Shown: piece by piece, positions 19,093 to 28,427 of the stretch
How the letters are laid out: each line of letters starts with the position of its first letter
Position numbering within the stretch: the first letter of the stretch is position 1
Assembly (NCBI GenBank): GCA_963703625.1
Contig: CAVPEY010000007.1
Span: 14,672 to 78,671 of the forward strand
From: an uncultured Solirubrobacteraceae bacterium
GTDB lineage: Bacteria; Actinomycetota; Thermoleophilia; Solirubrobacterales; Solirubrobacteraceae
Length of the DNA: 64,000 nt
Direction of reading: 5' to 3'
Translations under genes and position numbers: made by a program
The notes under the pieces: generated by a model
The model's database searches: none
Seen by the model: only the letters and a program-made list of their open reading frames with translations
Told to the model about the DNA's origin: nothing

Positions 19093-20212
19093 TCCGCCAC
19101 GCTTCGACCTTCGAGCACAGCAGATCGGGGCACGTCGCGGCGACCCACGCGCCGTGCACCCACGCCATCGTCGTCACGACTTTGTAGGATGGCTTCGGCC
19201 AGCCCGGTACCGCCTGCGTTCCCAGGTTCGCGTTCAGGTTTCCGCCGAAGTAGCTGATCCGGGTCGGCTGCCCGAGCAGTCCGCCGGGCTGCTGGCGCTG
19301 CAGATCATAGGAGAACAGGTCATCGCCGCCGACCGTGTCGGCCCCCACCGACGTGTACAGCGTGTGCGGGTGGTTGGGGGCGAAGTGCGCGAACTCGTGA
19401 AAGACGTTGACCGCCGATTGCCACGGCCAAACGGGCGCGAACGGGGGACTGATCCGCGTCGGCGCGGTCTGCGGCTCAAGCCCTTCGGGGAGCGTGAACA
19501 GCTGCGCGGCGCGCAGGCCGGGACTGCCCGAGCGTGTCCCGGACATGAAGATCAGCAGGTTCGTGTTCGGCACCCACCCGTAGGCCTCGTAGAAGCTGGG
19601 CCGGCTGCCCGGTTGCTGCCATTCGACGTTGTCGCTGAGCATGCCCGCCGCGAGGTTCACGTCGGCGACGTGCAGCGCCCATCTACCGACCGGTGGGTCT
19701 TCCAGGGCGGTTTCGAGCAGCTGTGACCACACGATCTTCGTGGCATTGGCGTTGAACGTCGGCCAGATCACCCCGCGCTGGAAGGCGCGCGCGCCGGCGA
19801 GCAGGGTCGAGAGCCTGTGGGTCCGGCGGTCATACAGCTGGATCGCGTTACCCGAGCCCTGCCCCGGCGCGGAGTCGCTGAGCGTCCTGTCCAAGCCGAC
19901 GGCGCTCGTCAGCAGCACATAGCGGCCATTGGCGGTGATGCCGGCCGGACCGCGGTTGCCGTCATACGGCGCCAGCAGCGGCTTGCCGTGGCAGCTGCCA
20001 TTGCCGATATAGGCGTCCCACACCCCCGCGCTGTTGCGCCGATACCAGACCATCGTGCCGGAGCTGCTGGCAGCGACCGGAGCGCAGTTGCCGGCGACGA
20101 ACGCGTCGTGGGGGCCCGCATCGGCGCTCGCGGCGAGCGTCTGCCCGCAGCTCGCCAACGCGAGCAGCAGCACGAGGCCGACGAGGAGAAGATAGAGAGA
20201 GCGCGCTTGCAT
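19070..20212 (-). CDS. secreted TolB-like beta-propeller protein, paralog of 14861..16477 lacking the C-terminal domain
   Basis: Long identical blocks with the paralog, e.g. SAPGQGSGNAIQLYDR and TLYTSVGADTVGGDDLFSYDL. Signal peptide present. Confidence 0.85.
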   Translation of the reverse strand: MQARSLYLLLVGLVLLLALASCGQTLAASADAGPHDAFVAGNCAPVAASSSGTMVWYRRNSAGVWDAYIGNGSCHGKPLLAPYDGNRGPAGITANGRYVLLTSAVGLDRTLSDSAPGQGSGNAIQLYDRRTHRLSTLLAGARAFQRGVIWPTFNANATKIVWSQLLETALEDPPVGRWALHVADVNLAAGMLSDNVEWQQPGSRPSFYEAYGWVPNTNLLIFMSGTRSGSPGLRAAQLFTLPEGLEPQTAPTRISPPFAPVWPWQSAVNVFHEFAHFAPNHPHTLYTSVGADTVGGDDLFSYDLQRQQPGGLLGQPTRISYFGGNLNANLGTQAVPGWPKPSYKVVTTMAWVHGAWVAATCPDLLCSKVEAWRITVPRSP

Positions 20213-20345
20213 CCGCGAGCGCCACACATTAGCTCGCCGCGCTCGCTGCGACGCGCGCCTGACCCGGGTCTTGCGAGCCCGCGCGGACGCGGAGCGGTCC
20301 CCGGTATGTAACCTGCCCCGCCAGCGCGAGGATCACGCACAGCAC

Positions 20346-21188
20346 ATGAGGAAATCGACTCCCACACCGCTTGCCGGTCGCACCGCCGTCATCAGCGGCG
20401 CGGGATCCGGCATCGGACGCAGCCTCGCGCAACGGCTCTCGCTCCACGGCTGTCCGCTCGCGCTCGCCGACGCCGACAGCGCGACCCTGGCCGAGACTAC
20501 GGCGCTGCTCGATGGCCCGACGCTCACGCGCGTGCTCGACGTGCGTGACCGCGACAGCCAGCTCGCGTTCGCCGCCGAGGTCCGCGACTGGTCTGGGGCG
20601 CCGATCGGCGCGGTCTTCAACAATGCCGGTGTCGGCTTCGCCGCGCCGTTCGCAGCCGGCTCCAGCGGGGAGGACGAGCGTCTGATGTCGATCAACTTCG
20701 ACGGCGTCGTCAACGGCGTGCGCGCCTTCCTGCCGATCCTGCTCGAGCAGCGCGACGGCGCGATCGTCAACACCTCGAGCATCTACGGCCTCACGGGCCT
20801 TCGCAATCAGACCGCCTACTGCGCCTCGAAGTTCGCGGTGCGGGGGTTCACCGATGCGCTGCGCCAAGAGCTGGTCGGTACGGGCGTGCGCGCGATCACG
20901 GTCTACCCGGGCGGGGTCAAGACCAACATCGTCGCCAACGCGCACGTGCACTCCGACCTCGACGACGGCCGTAGCCCCGAGGAGCTCACCGCGGAATTCC
21001 ACGCGCGTGCGCGCACGACGCCCGAGCAGGCCGCGGCGATCATCCACGGTGGCGTCGATCGCGGCAGGGCACGGATCCTGGTCGGCCCCGACGCGCGGCT
21101 GTTCGACGTGCTCGAGCGGATCGCACCGACCCAAACGATGACGGTGCTGGGGGCGCTCGAGCGTCTCGGCCGCCGTCGCTCAGCTTGA
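20346..21188 (+). CDS. SDR family oxidoreductase
   Basis: SGAGSGIG, FNNAG, YCASKFAVRGF, VYPGGVKT. Confidence 0.93.
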   Translation: MRKSTPTPLAGRTAVISGAGSGIGRSLAQRLSLHGCPLALADADSATLAETTALLDGPTLTRVLDVRDRDSQLAFAAEVRDWSGAPIGAVFNNAGVGFAAPFAAGSSGEDERLMSINFDGVVNGVRAFLPILLEQRDGAIVNTSSIYGLTGLRNQTAYCASKFAVRGFTDALRQELVGTGVRAITVYPGGVKTNIVANAHVHSDLDDGRSPEELTAEFHARARTTPEQAAAIIHGGVDRGRARILVGPDARLFDVLERIAPTQTMTVLGALERLGRRRSA

Positions 21189-21213
21189 CAGGCCGTCTGG
21201 CCCGTGCTATCAA
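21185..21213 (+). promoter_or_regulatory. sigma70-type promoter for the LuxR-type regulator
   Basis: TTGACA, 17 nt, then TATCAA with extended TG. Confidence 0.5.
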
Positions 21214-21365
21214 CCTCCGTAAATAGCGGGGTTGCGCTCCCGCTTTGCTCCCAAACTCGAACAGCGCGACAATCAGGGGGGGCCTGGCTTGTCTAGTTTC
21301 ATTCAGACGCCTGATGGCTACGCCCAAGTAACACGATTGGCGACGTAGGATCGGACACTACTGCT

Positions 21366-21953
21366 GTGATCACGGACGGCAAGGAAGCCACATTGAGCGA
21401 CATCGAGCGCGACGCGATCGCGCTGAGGAACCGAGGGCTCTCACATGAGCGCGCCACTCGGACGCTCGGGCTCGGACGCTCGCCTGTACGCATCGTGAAG
21501 GTTCCCGTCGTGGACGCCGCCGGGGCTCCGACGCGCCGCTGCGACGTGCGTCTGGTGCGCTCGGTGCGCGACCCGTCGGCCGATCACGCCTGGGACGCCG
21601 AGGGCAGCGAGATCACCGCCGTCGTGATCCTGCGCGACGTCACTCCCTCACGCGTGGCGTCCTTCGTGCAGGCGGCGACCGACGGCGACGGCTCGATCTC
21701 GCCGGGGCTCCTCGATCAGCTGCTCCCCGAGGGCGAGAGCACGCGCCCGAACCGCGGCGAGCCGCAGCTCAGCGAGCGCGAACACCAGGTGCTGCGGATG
21801 CTCGCCGAGGGCGAGAGCACGCGTGGCATCGCCGAGCGCCTGAACTACTCCGAGCGAACCGTCAAGAACATCGTGCGCGACCTGCTGGTCAAGCTCGACT
21901 GCAAGACCAGGGCCCACGCTGTCGCGCTGGCCGTGCGCCAAGGGGTGATCTGA
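21366..21953 (+). CDS. LuxR-type HTH transcriptional regulator
   Basis: C-terminal LSEREHQVLRMLAEGESTRGIAERLNYSERTVK...RAHAVALAVRQGVI. Start uncertain. Confidence 0.85.
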   Translation: MITDGKEATLSDIERDAIALRNRGLSHERATRTLGLGRSPVRIVKVPVVDAAGAPTRRCDVRLVRSVRDPSADHAWDAEGSEITAVVILRDVTPSRVASFVQAATDGDGSISPGLLDQLLPEGESTRPNRGEPQLSEREHQVLRMLAEGESTRGIAERLNYSERTVKNIVRDLLVKLDCKTRAHAVALAVRQGVI

Positions 21954-21974
21954 AATCGAATCGGCGCACGTCGC

Positions 21975-23375
21975 GTGAGCGGCAAGGTCGCGGTCATCGG
22001 CCTTGACTGCGCCGAGCCCAAGCTCGTCTTCGATCGCTGGCGCGAGGAGCTCCCGAACCTCAGCCGGCTGATGAGCGTCGGCACCTGGGGACCGCTCGCG
22101 AGCGTTGACCCGCCGATAACCGTGCCGGCGTGGAGCTGCATGATGACCGGGCGCGACCCCGGCGAGCTCGGTATCTACGGGTTTCGCAATCGCAGCGCCC
22201 ACGACTACCGCTCGATGTCGGTGGCCGACTCGAGCTCCGTTGCGATCGATCGTGTCTGGGATCGCCTCTCGCGAGCGGGCAAGCACGTGATCGTCCTCGG
22301 CGTGCCGCAGACCTCACCGCCGGTGCCGGTCAACGGCGAGCTCGTGTCGTGCTTCCTGACCGCGGACACGCGCAAGGACCCCTACACCCATCCTCCCGAG
22401 CTGCGCAGCGAGATCGAGTCGCTGGTCGGCTCCTACCGCGTCGACGTGCGCAACTTCCGCAGCGACGACCGCGACCGGATCCTCGCCGAGATCTATGAGA
22501 TGACCGAGCAGCGCTTCACCGTCGCCCGCCACCTGCTCGACACGCGGCCGTGGGACTTCTTCATGATGGTCGAGATCGGGCTCGACCGGATGCACCACGC
22601 CTTCTGGCGCTTCCTTGACACCCGGCATCCGCGCCACGAGCCCAACCACCGCTATGGCGAGGCGATTCGCAGCTACTACATCTACCTCGACGAAGAGATC
22701 GGCGAGCTGCTCGAGCGCTTCGACGAGGACACAACCGTGCTCGTCGTCTCCGATCACGGCGCGCGGCCGATGCAGGGCGCGATCTGCGTGAACGAATGGC
22801 TCGTTCAGGAGGGCTACCTGGTGCTCGAGGAGCCGCCGCAGGGGCCGACGCCGTTCAGCGAGGCGAAGGTCGACTGGAGCAGGACCCGCGCGTGGGGGGA
22901 GGGCGGCTACTACTGCCGGCTGTGCGTCAACCTCGCCGGCCGCGAGCCCGAGGGCACCGTCGCCGAGGAGGAGTACGAGGCGCTGCTCGACGAGCTCGCC
23001 GACCGCCTCGAGCGGCTACCCGGACCCGAGGGCGAGTCGATCGGCACCCGCGTCTTTCGCCCGCAGGAGCTGTGGCGCGAGCAGCGCGGGATCCCGCCCG
23101 ACCTGATCGTCTACTTCGGCGACCTCGGCTGGCGCAGCAACGGCAGCTTCGGCCACGGGCGCCACTGGACATACGACAACGACACCGGCCCCGACGACGC
23201 CAACCACGACCGCAACGGGCTGTGCATCATCGCCGGCCCCGGCGTGCCCGCGCAACGCCGCGAGGACCTCGTCATCTACGACGTCGCACCGACGATCCTC
23301 GCCCAGGCCGGCCTCGTGCCCGACGAGGAGCTGCGCGGCCGCGTGCTCGCGACCGCGCGGAGCCCCACCATCTAG
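21975..23375 (+). CDS. AlkP superfamily nucleotide pyrophosphatase/phosphodiesterase-like enzyme
   Basis: IGLDC, PPITVPAW (Thr nucleophile), DRMHH, SDHG, ANHD, DVAPT. No signal peptide. Confidence 0.92.
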   Translation: MSGKVAVIGLDCAEPKLVFDRWREELPNLSRLMSVGTWGPLASVDPPITVPAWSCMMTGRDPGELGIYGFRNRSAHDYRSMSVADSSSVAIDRVWDRLSRAGKHVIVLGVPQTSPPVPVNGELVSCFLTADTRKDPYTHPPELRSEIESLVGSYRVDVRNFRSDDRDRILAEIYEMTEQRFTVARHLLDTRPWDFFMMVEIGLDRMHHAFWRFLDTRHPRHEPNHRYGEAIRSYYIYLDEEIGELLERFDEDTTVLVVSDHGARPMQGAICVNEWLVQEGYLVLEEPPQGPTPFSEAKVDWSRTRAWGEGGYYCRLCVNLAGREPEGTVAEEEYEALLDELADRLERLPGPEGESIGTRVFRPQELWREQRGIPPDLIVYFGDLGWRSNGSFGHGRHWTYDNDTGPDDANHDRNGLCIIAGPGVPAQRREDLVIYDVAPTILAQAGLVPDEELRGRVLATARSPTI

Positions 23376-23391
23376 CCCACAGCGGCGCGGC

Positions 23392-25008
23392 TCAGCCGAC
23401 GTGCAGCGAGGTTGTGTGACCGCTGGCGTCGGTGACCCGCACGCTCTCAGCGAGAGTGCCCGTCCTGTGCTGCTTGGCCTTGCTCTCGAGCGTGCTGCTC
23501 TCGCGCAGCAGCGGCCCGCGGGCAACCAGCGACACAGCGGATGTGGCGTGCGTGAAGATGATCGCCAGCCTGCCGCTCGCGAGCCGAGCGCTCTTGACGG
23601 CGGCACCGGACAGCGACAGACCCTTGACGACGGCCGCCGCGACCAGCGCCTTGTGGCTGAAGCTCACGCCTGAGGGCAGCCCGAACGACAGCGACACGAG
23701 CCCGGCGCCGCTGCCGCCGTGCGCGTGGATGCTGAGCTTCGGCTTGCCGCTCGCGAGCCCGCTCCAGGATCCGGAGGCCTTCGGCTTGGCGCCCGCGGCC
23801 GAACAGCCGACGTTCGTCACCGGGCCCGTCACCTTCACGGCCGGGTTCCCGTTCTGAGGCACGAGCGTCGCCGCGATTGTGGCGTTCTGGCATTCGGTCG
23901 TGAACGCGGGCCCCGCCGGTACGCCCGTGAACGTGTAGGAGATCGAGTTCAGCGGGATGTCGGGGAAGCTCAGGAACGTGATCGTGTGTTCGGTGAGGTT
24001 CAGCGGCCCGACCACCGAGAACTGGTACGGCGGCGGGAAGGACATCGTCACCGCGCCGGTGACCTGCTGGCTCAGTGACCCCGAGTTGATCGAGCCCGCA
24101 AGCGTCAGCAGGCCGGCGTTCAGGGCCGTGGCCGGCAGGTCCGGAGAGCTGGCGTCGACGGTGCCGACGGTGCAGGTCGAGCCTTTGAAGCACGGCGCGA
24201 GCACTTTGTTGATCTTCACGCCGTTCGGGTTCCCGAACGCGATCGCGCCGGTCGCAGATTCGTCGGCGCCGCTCTGGGTGATCGTCACGACGACGTCCGC
24301 TCCGCCCTTGATCTTGGTGACCGTGGCGGCGACTTTCGGGGCGTAGGGCACTGTGTTGCAGCCCGTCACGACCAGGGGCGCGCTCGCCGATGCGGTGCTG
24401 TCCAATTCATAGGACAACGTCTGGATCGTCACCGCTCGGCTGGCGCTGCACGTCGTCGGCAGCCGCGGGCTCGCAAGCGTGAACTGCATTGCTTCGATCC
24501 CGATCGGGAAGCCGAGGAAGGACACCGTCCACGTCGCCGGGGAGGTGGGGGAGGGCGATACCGGGCCGGTGATCGTCGCGCCTCCCTGGATCACGAAGGC
24601 GATGCCGGCGAGGTTGGCGAGCGTCGGTGGCGCCACGAGATACAGCGTGACGGGAGTCGCTACGCCTTTGGTGCTGTTGATCGTGCCAGTCCCGAGCACA
24701 CACAGCGGGTTCGGCGCCGTCGCGGTGACGCACTCGCCGCCGTTCATGCCGAGGTTCAGCAGGAATCCCGGCGGGAAGGCGATCGTCAGATTTTTGACGG
24801 AGTCAACGCCCAGCCTGGGGTTGAAGTTGATGTTGAAGCCGGTGGCAGGACTGGTGCCCGCGGTCGTGCCGGCACCCTGTTCCAGTGTCAGCGTCGGCGT
24901 GAGCACGGCCTGTGCAAGTGCCGGGCAGATCGCAATCACGGCCGCTACCAGCAGCCCGGTCAGTGCAGTTCTGGCGAACATCAATTTATTCCTCCGTGTA
25001 TTAGCCAT
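23392..25008 (-). CDS. secreted/surface beta-rich protein
   Basis: Signal peptide ending AQA. Thr/Pro/Gly-rich, with two related 'P.G...N...C' domains and a basic C-terminal domain. Overlaps the GT stop by 8 nt. Confidence 0.8.
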   Translation of the reverse strand: MANTRRNKLMFARTALTGLLVAAVIAICPALAQAVLTPTLTLEQGAGTTAGTSPATGFNINFNPRLGVDSVKNLTIAFPPGFLLNLGMNGGECVTATAPNPLCVLGTGTINSTKGVATPVTLYLVAPPTLANLAGIAFVIQGGATITGPVSPSPTSPATWTVSFLGFPIGIEAMQFTLASPRLPTTCSASRAVTIQTLSYELDSTASASAPLVVTGCNTVPYAPKVAATVTKIKGGADVVVTITQSGADESATGAIAFGNPNGVKINKVLAPCFKGSTCTVGTVDASSPDLPATALNAGLLTLAGSINSGSLSQQVTGAVTMSFPPPYQFSVVGPLNLTEHTITFLSFPDIPLNSISYTFTGVPAGPAFTTECQNATIAATLVPQNGNPAVKVTGPVTNVGCSAAGAKPKASGSWSGLASGKPKLSIHAHGGSGAGLVSLSFGLPSGVSFSHKALVAAAVVKGLSLSGAAVKSARLASGRLAIIFTHATSAVSLVARGPLLRESSTLESKAKQHRTGTLAESVRVTDASGHTTSLHVG

Positions 25009-26248
25009 TGCTCAGTTCCAGGGCCGACGGCCCGGCGATCTGCTGCATGTGCTTCTCGAACACGCCGACGGCGCATTTGATGCCGTCTTCCGCGCGAATG
25101 CGCTCGCCGAGCGCGGCCGCGCGCTCACGGATCTTCACGTCTGTGACTGCAGCCGCGATCGCCTCGTGCAGGCGCTCGGGGGAGAGCTTGCGCCGGCGGA
25201 TCGGCGCCGGTCCGGCGCCCAGGGCGTGGATCGTCCGACCCCACGCGACCTGGTCGATCATGTGCGGCACGACGACCGACGGCACACCGGCCTTCAGCGC
25301 TGTCGCGGTCGTCCCGGCGCCGCCGTGGTGCACGACCGCGCTGCAACGCTCGAACAGCCAGTCGTGGCTGATCGCGCCGACCGTGTGCACGGTGTCGGGC
25401 AGCTCCGCCTTGCCGAAGCCCTGAGCGCCGCGAATCAGCACGCCGCGCTGGCCGGCTCGCCGCAGCGCCTCGACCGCGAGCTCGCTCATGCCCTGCGGAT
25501 CGGCGTCGATCATGCTGCCGAAGCCGACGCACACAGGCGGCGGTCCCGCCTCGAGGAACTGCGCGAGCTCCTGTGGCGGCTCGGGGTCGACGTCGTTCTG
25601 CAGAAACCAATAGCCGGTCACCTGCGTCGAGGGGCTCAGCGGCGCCGAGTCGGGCACGACCGCCGGGCTGTATGCGCGCAGCTCGAGCGTCTGGCGGGCG
25701 GCGAGCTGGCCCACAGGCTCGCGCCAGGAGAGCGGCGGCAGGCCGGCCGCGCGTCGGGCTGCACGGAGCCAACGGCGCATCGCCAGCCACGCCGTCTGAC
25801 GCACGGCCGGCGCCGCCGGGCTCTGCGCCATCCGCGGTGGCGGGCACAGACGTGCGCGAACGAGCTGCGCACCGGAATGCTCGGAGGCCTGCCAGCCGAG
25901 CAGCAGCGCGAGCTCGTTGGTAACGATCACCTCGGCTCCCTCGCACGCGCTGAGCGCGTCGGCGAGGCGCTGGCCGAGGACCGAGTGCGCGTCCTTGACA
26001 AGCGCCACCAGCGCGGGCGTCTGGTGCGATCCACGCTGCGCCGTGCGTCGGTCCGCGGCCGTCGCGCCGCGGCTGATCCGCCCCTCCGCGAGCGGCGCGA
26101 ACTCGAGGCCCGCGTCGGTCACCTGCCGCTCGAAACGGGGGAACGCGGCGACGCGAACATCGTTTCCGGCCGCCGCCAGACCGAGTCCGAAGCCGAGCAG
26201 CGGCTGGACGTCGCCGCGCGACCCCAGGCTCAGGAGCGTGATCCGCAT
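25001..26248 (-). CDS. GT1/GT28-fold glycosyltransferase (sterol-glucosyltransferase-like)
   Basis: GSRGDVQP, VGFGSM, HDWLF..CSAVVHHGGAGTT, DQ..WG. Confidence 0.93.
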   Translation of the reverse strand: MRITLLSLGSRGDVQPLLGFGLGLAAAGNDVRVAAFPRFERQVTDAGLEFAPLAEGRISRGATAADRRTAQRGSHQTPALVALVKDAHSVLGQRLADALSACEGAEVIVTNELALLLGWQASEHSGAQLVRARLCPPPRMAQSPAAPAVRQTAWLAMRRWLRAARRAAGLPPLSWREPVGQLAARQTLELRAYSPAVVPDSAPLSPSTQVTGYWFLQNDVDPEPPQELAQFLEAGPPPVCVGFGSMIDADPQGMSELAVEALRRAGQRGVLIRGAQGFGKAELPDTVHTVGAISHDWLFERCSAVVHHGGAGTTATALKAGVPSVVVPHMIDQVAWGRTIHALGAGPAPIRRRKLSPERLHEAIAAAVTDVKIRERAAALGERIRAEDGIKCAVGVFEKHMQQIAGPSALELSNG

Positions 26249-26261
26249 CGTGCGCCTCCCG

Positions 26262-28427
26262 TCACGGCTCTCCCACGACGCCCGCGTACCGGAGCGCTCG
26301 TTCGAGCCTCAGCGTCAGCGCGGACAGATCACCGTTGCCGTCGCTGCTCGCGCGCAGCCGTCGCAGGTCGCGCAGGGCCTGCGCCTTCTCACCGCGGGCC
26401 GCCGCGGCCTGGGCGGCGTCCAGCAGTCGCTGCGCCGGCGAGGACGAGCCGACCCGCGCGATGCTCGCGCGAGGAAACGCGGAGGACCCGAGCACGCCAC
26501 GCACCGAGCCGAACGTCGCCGCGGGCTCCGGCGTCGGCATCGTCTGCACGTTCGAGGGTTCGGACTTCTCGCCGGCTGCGTTCTCGGCGATCACCTCATA
26601 CACCCGATGGGCGCTGCTGTGAGCGACGAAGTACGCGCTGCTGGTCGTACCGATCGGTTCAAACTGACCGGGCACCGCGACGTTGACCGCCAGCGCGCCG
26701 GGAGTTTCGGGTTCGGTCAGGATCGGTTCAGCGCCTTCGTACTCGAATCCGCTCGCGAGCGTCGGCTGTGGCTTCAGGTACAGCGACAGGTTGACTTCGG
26801 AGGCGGCCAGGACCTCGTAGTGGCTCGCCGACGCCGAAGGGTTCCACGAGAGCAGCGTGCTCTTGCGCTTGCCCTTGCCCGTGGCCTGCGCGATCATCGC
26901 GCTCGGCGCCGAGACTTTGTGTGGACGGTCGATCAGCGACGAGCACGTCGATTCGCGGTCGTCGAGGATCATCGTCCCCTGCGCCTGGTTGGCGCTGCCG
27001 ATGTACAGTTCTTCGCCGCCGGGCCCGCTCGTTTCCAGCGTTCGCGCGCCGAAGTCGTATTCGCCGTCGCCGAAGGCGTCGCGCGTCACCGGGAACCAAT
27101 CTTCGCCGTCGCACGTCGACCACAGCTGGTAGCCGGCGGAGCCTGCGAGCAGGTCCCCGAGCCAGCCTTTGCCTTTGTAGCCTTTGACGAGCTCGGCCCA
27201 GCTGTTGGTGCCGACGTACAGCCCGCCGCCGAAGTCGGCCATCCGCCAGAAGTGGGCGTTGAAGAGGCTGTCGAAGCCGTCGTCGAGGCCACTCGTCGGG
27301 TATGCGATCTGGCCGTTGGGCAGCTTGCGCGGGTTGCCGACGACGAGCGTCCACTGCCCGTCGGGTGCGATCCGGATCATCTCCGATTTCGGCAGCGTGT
27401 TCTGATACCAGCCGCTCGCGCCGACGTACAGCCGGTCGCGGTAGACGTGCATCGACACGACAGAGGTGATTTCCGCGCCGCTGCCGGCGCCTCCGGTGAT
27501 GATCGGCACGAACGGCCGGTCCTCGCCGCTGGCCTCCCACACGGAGTAGCCGGAGGTCGCGTTGCCGCAACCGAGATACAGGTCGCCGTGGAACGTGACG
27601 GCTTCGAAGATGTCGAGGTTCGCCGGGCTCACCTGGATCAGCCGGGGATGCTGCGACGACGGGTTGGTGACCTCGAACAGCGATCCGTCGCCGGTCAGGT
27701 CGGGCGTCGCGGTCACGAACAGGTGGTGCTTCCACACGACCATCGCGCGGTAGCCCATCGGGTGGACCTCGCCGCCCGGGTAGTGGACGGTCACGGCTGG
27801 CAGTTTCAGCGCTTCCCAATGGATGCCGTCGTAGCTGCGCAGGATCCGCGGGGGGTGGGTGCGCAGCAGCGACGGCAGGTACTCGTCGGGGCTGACGCCG
27901 GCCGCGTACAGGGCTTCCCGGCCGTCGCGTTCCTTGAAGGTGACCATCGAGCGGTAGGCGATGTCGCTCGCCACGTGCAGGTTCGATTCGACGGGGTTGC
28001 GCAGCGTGGGAGAGCGGTAGACGCGCTTCCAGATACCGGTCTCGGGCGTGTACTGCCAGATCTCGGCGCGCAGCCTCAGGTCGTACGGGTTCGCCGGACA
28101 GCGGACGTTCAGGGACGGGTTGATCGTGTACTTCTGCTCCAGGGGCACGAAGAACTGGGTCGTCTCGTTTTCGACGCACAGCACGTCGCGTCCGGTGCCG
28201 ACGTACAGCTGGCCCTTGAACCAGCCCATCGACCACGCGTAGGAGTTGTCGCGTTCGCCAAACCCGTTCTGGGCGATCACGCCGTGTCCTGATTCGTCGA
28301 CGAAGCTGGTGCCGGGCCCGGATCCGTCGGCCAAGCTGGTGCCGGCCGTTGCATCCGCAAACGCCAGCAGCGCCGCAAGTACCACCAGCACGCACGGCAT
28401 CGTCCTTGCCCCTCTAGAAAGACTCAC
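26262..28427 (-). CDS. secreted beta-propeller protein with a C-terminal FN3-like domain
   Basis: Signal peptide. Repeated blades SM..FKGQLYVGT / SM.VYRDRLYVGA / RM.DFGGGLYVGT, then LLSW...YEV.AEN..GE.SEPSN. GTGA coupling with the upstream gene. Confidence 0.8.
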   Translation of the reverse strand: MSLSRGARTMPCVLVVLAALLAFADATAGTSLADGSGPGTSFVDESGHGVIAQNGFGERDNSYAWSMGWFKGQLYVGTGRDVLCVENETTQFFVPLEQKYTINPSLNVRCPANPYDLRLRAEIWQYTPETGIWKRVYRSPTLRNPVESNLHVASDIAYRSMVTFKERDGREALYAAGVSPDEYLPSLLRTHPPRILRSYDGIHWEALKLPAVTVHYPGGEVHPMGYRAMVVWKHHLFVTATPDLTGDGSLFEVTNPSSQHPRLIQVSPANLDIFEAVTFHGDLYLGCGNATSGYSVWEASGEDRPFVPIITGGAGSGAEITSVVSMHVYRDRLYVGASGWYQNTLPKSEMIRIAPDGQWTLVVGNPRKLPNGQIAYPTSGLDDGFDSLFNAHFWRMADFGGGLYVGTNSWAELVKGYKGKGWLGDLLAGSAGYQLWSTCDGEDWFPVTRDAFGDGEYDFGARTLETSGPGGEELYIGSANQAQGTMILDDRESTCSSLIDRPHKVSAPSAMIAQATGKGKRKSTLLSWNPSASASHYEVLAASEVNLSLYLKPQPTLASGFEYEGAEPILTEPETPGALAVNVAVPGQFEPIGTTSSAYFVAHSSAHRVYEVIAENAAGEKSEPSNVQTMPTPEPAATFGSVRGVLGSSAFPRASIARVGSSSPAQRLLDAAQAAAARGEKAQALRDLRRLRASSDGNGDLSALTLRLERALRYAGVVGEP

